From: an uncultured Verrucomicrobiae bacterium
GTDB taxonomy: Bacteria > Verrucomicrobiota > Verrucomicrobiia > Limisphaerales > Palsa-1400
Assembly (NCBI GenBank): GCA_963707025.1
Contig: CAVPOM010000007.1
Coordinates: forward strand, 486,864-550,863
Direction of reading: 5' to 3'
DNA length: 64,000 bases
The notes under the pieces are model-generated. The model did no database searches. It was not told where the DNA came from and saw only the letters and a list, made by a program, of their open reading frames with translations. Both the position numbers and the translations under genes were made by a program. Shown one piece after another: positions 61,628-64,000 of this stretch. How positions within the stretch are numbered: position 1 is the first letter of the stretch; every line of letters begins with the position of its first letter.

Positions 61628-63703
61628 ATGAAAAAACTGTTACTTGGCGGGCTGATGGTACTGGGCGGGTTGGCGGTGCAAGCGCAACCTCCGGTGAGCC
61701 TTTACAACACCTTCATTTTCCACAACAACGGCACGTCTGAGGGGATACAGTATTGCACGCTGCGCGACTCCTACACGGGCTTCAACATCAGTGTCAATTT
61801 TCCGGCGCCGTACCTGGCGGCAGGGGCCAGTTACACAAAAGTCAGTTGGGGAAGCGCCTGGCCGGTGTATCAGGGCGACACGATTTCGTTCGTGGGCGGG
61901 GCCAACAACTGCGCCTGGCTGGACGGGAGCGCGGTTACGAGCGTCCAATTCTCCAGCGGGACAACCTACACGCTGCCTGGAACATCCGCCGGGAGTCCGG
62001 TCACAATAGACGTGTATATGTGGGGTGGCAGTGGCGGCGGGGCCGGGCCGGCGACTTCAACCAATTCCCTGTTTTGCGTCACGATCAACAATACTTCCGG
62101 CGTGGGCAACTCCTATGGGATTGCCAACGTGGACAACGGCGTTTTGCTGAGTATTGACGCCTGCGGGGATAATGAGATTTATGTGCCGGCGGGCGGGTCG
62201 GCACAGATCTGCACGACGGCGGGGCCGACAAACAACCTGGCTTTGGTCACGGAAACAGGCGGCGGCATGGGTTCGCAGTCCACGCAAGTCAGTTTGCCGT
62301 TGATTGGGGATGGGGGCCGCAAGGCGGGCGGATGCAGTTCGATGGCGGGGTATGACCCCAATTTCACGGGGACCATTGCCTCAACGAATTTGGTCGGGAC
62401 GGCCATTCCTCCGGGGGCTTCGTCCGGCTCGGTGGTCAATAACAATGGGGCCACCATTCCCTGGGCAGGCGGCGACAGCGTCTATCCTGGCGGGACAAAT
62501 TCACCGATCAACTATGCCGGCATGGCGGGTTCCGGCTTGGCGTCCAATGCGACCCTGATAACGGGGTTTGACGCGGTATTTGCGGAATTGGTCAATGTGG
62601 CCAACGGGGTAGGCAAGCTGGATGTAGATAATAATGCGGGCCTGGGAGCCATCAGGGGTATCGAGGGCAGCATTTTGAGCGGCCAGGGGACCGGAAACGC
62701 ATTGCTGACAGCGGCCAACGGCGATTTGGCGGCCATCAATTCCAGCATTTCTTCCGGCAATGCGAGTTTGGGGAGCATCCAGGGCGCATTGGGCGGCATG
62801 TCGAATAACGCGGCAGGCGTGGGCAGCAATACCATTCAAGGGCTTGGGGGAATCTCCAATTTGCTCTGGATCGCTGACGGGACGCTGGCGGGCATGTCCA
62901 ACGGTGTAGAACAAATCGTTTCCAATACCGGGGACATGGCGGGCCAGTTTGGGATCGTGTCCAATTTCGCGGCGGCGTCGCTGGCTGCCACCAATGACGC
63001 GGTCGGGGGGTTGTCGCGGGTCTGGTCAGACGGGGCGAATGTGGCGGGCATGACCAATCACCTGGCCGGGTTCGCGGCTTCGCAGTTCGCCAATTTGAAT
63101 TTGCAAGGGTCCCTGGCGCAAGCAGGCGCAAACGACTTGGGGACAGGGCCGATTTCGTCGCTGGACAGCAGTTTTTGGAATTTGAACTGTGTGATGGGCG
63201 ACAAGACCTATTCGTTTGACCTCAACCCAATGGACAATGCCGGGATTGCTTCCCTGGCCGGGGTGAGCCGGACTTGTGAACAGTGGATCGCGTGCGTGGT
63301 TTTCATCCTGCTGGTGATGAAACTGTTTGAGAAATACTCGGCGGGCCTGGCCGGGACCACGCAACTGCAAGCCAACCGCATGAGCGTTCTGGGCAACTCG
63401 GTGGGTCAATTGTCGGGCGCGGTGTATTTGCCTCTGATGGTGGCCCTGGCCGGGGCCATTCCGTTGTTTATCGGGGTCGCGGTGACAACGGGCGTCGGTT
63501 CCACCTGGTTTGGGGCGTGCGGGGTGATCCCGTTTCGGCCTGACGGCCTGACATCGGCTTTGCAGCAAGCCTACTGGCTGGCCGATCAATTTCTCCCCAT
63601 CAATTTCCTGATCTGCTCGGTGCTCTGGTACGTCTTCATCCGCCTCACGGCGGGGCCGATCTGGGCCATGTCCATGCTGGTGCTCAAATCCCTAATCTCC
63701 TGA
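61628..63703 (+). CDS. Inovirus attachment protein (pIII-like) with multi-TM C-terminus
   Basis: Signal peptide, beta-rich N-domains, Gly/Asn/Ser-rich linkers and C-terminal hydrophobic segments; follows the coat gene. Confidence 0.7.
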   Translation: MKKLLLGGLMVLGGLAVQAQPPVSLYNTFIFHNNGTSEGIQYCTLRDSYTGFNISVNFPAPYLAAGASYTKVSWGSAWPVYQGDTISFVGGANNCAWLDGSAVTSVQFSSGTTYTLPGTSAGSPVTIDVYMWGGSGGGAGPATSTNSLFCVTINNTSGVGNSYGIANVDNGVLLSIDACGDNEIYVPAGGSAQICTTAGPTNNLALVTETGGGMGSQSTQVSLPLIGDGGRKAGGCSSMAGYDPNFTGTIASTNLVGTAIPPGASSGSVVNNNGATIPWAGGDSVYPGGTNSPINYAGMAGSGLASNATLITGFDAVFAELVNVANGVGKLDVDNNAGLGAIRGIEGSILSGQGTGNALLTAANGDLAAINSSISSGNASLGSIQGALGGMSNNAAGVGSNTIQGLGGISNLLWIADGTLAGMSNGVEQIVSNTGDMAGQFGIVSNFAAASLAATNDAVGGLSRVWSDGANVAGMTNHLAGFAASQFANLNLQGSLAQAGANDLGTGPISSLDSSFWNLNCVMGDKTYSFDLNPMDNAGIASLAGVSRTCEQWIACVVFILLVMKLFEKYSAGLAGTTQLQANRMSVLGNSVGQLSGAVYLPLMVALAGAIPLFIGVAVTTGVGSTWFGACGVIPFRPDGLTSALQQAYWLADQFLPINFLICSVLWYVFIRLTAGPIWAMSMLVLKSLIS

Positions 63704-63706
63704 CTT

Positions 63707-64000
63707 ATGATTGATTACCTGGCTTTGCGCGTGTTTGGCTGCTTTGCGGCGGCGATAGTTCTTGGCGGCGCGACTCTGATTGCGGTCGTGGATGGGGAGG
63801 CGGGACGGCGCCGGGCGTTGTTTTGGGGCATCTGCGGCGCGGGGCTGCTCCTGTGTGCGACGGCGCGGGCCGATGGTTACACAGTTACGGGCGTCGGGAT
63901 CGGGTCCGGGCCGGTCGGCGTGCTGTCTGACGGATCTGTCATGGTCCCGGTGATTTGGGACAATGAGACGGGCGCGGCTGTCGAGGTGGATTGCACCAGG
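63707..64000 (+). CDS. Membrane/secreted phage protein, partial
   Basis: MIDYLALRVFGCFAAAIVLGG...LLLCATARADGY..., open to the window end. Confidence 0.5.
   Translation, partial: MIDYLALRVFGCFAAAIVLGGATLIAVVDGEAGRRRALFWGICGAGLLLCATARADGYTVTGVGIGSGPVGVLSDGSVMVPVIWDNETGAAVEVDCTR

Larger units (their letters stand above)
60025..64000 (+). mobile_element. Filamentous (inovirus-like) prophage, partial
   Basis: SSB-Rep-hairpin-coat-micro ORF-pIII order, all co-oriented. Zot/pI is not in the window. Confidence 0.8.

Overview
Accessory, mobile-element-rich window. The host is probably a soil Verrucomicrobiota (Pedosphaera/Limisphaerales-like) bacterium, inferred from the GloVer-repeat protein, the prepilin-type gene and the style of the hypotheticals. 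Many single-base indels split genes, especially at 1-10 kb, and look like long-read errors. Layout: (1) 1-10 kb, minus-strand operon with a Zn-ribbon double-GTPase-type P-loop protein, a GAP1-N2/Ig membrane protein, a large coiled-coil membrane protein, two GYF-like proteins and an ExbB/MotA + ExbD-like pair (candidate membrane conflict system). (2) 10-13 kb, XRE regulator and an AlbA/Schlafen-HATPase gene flanked by two sites with identical TGACGATT spacing. (3) 13-29 kb, integrative mobilisable element (HTH/excisionases, TraK/TraL/TraM- or StbABC-like genes, putative oriT, MOBF relaxase, atypical tyrosine integrase, tRNA 3'-end att core) with IS66/DUF4338 debris and a GloVer surface protein as cargo. 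(4) 29-56 kb, a second island with leading-region-type genes behind a long hairpin. It holds two oppositely oriented copies of a three-gene module (anchored ~400-aa secreted protein + Cys-rich secreted miniprotein + MauE-like protein), sulfotransferases, several GT-C/GT87/GT2/GtrA genes, an IS630 remnant and an IS21-family element carrying an Imm35/YrhB gene. (5) 57.5-64 kb, a regulator-like gene pair with phased repeats, then a filamentous (inovirus-like) prophage that runs off the window. No intact rRNA, tRNA or CRISPR array was seen. All family calls come from motif recognition by eye, not database searches.
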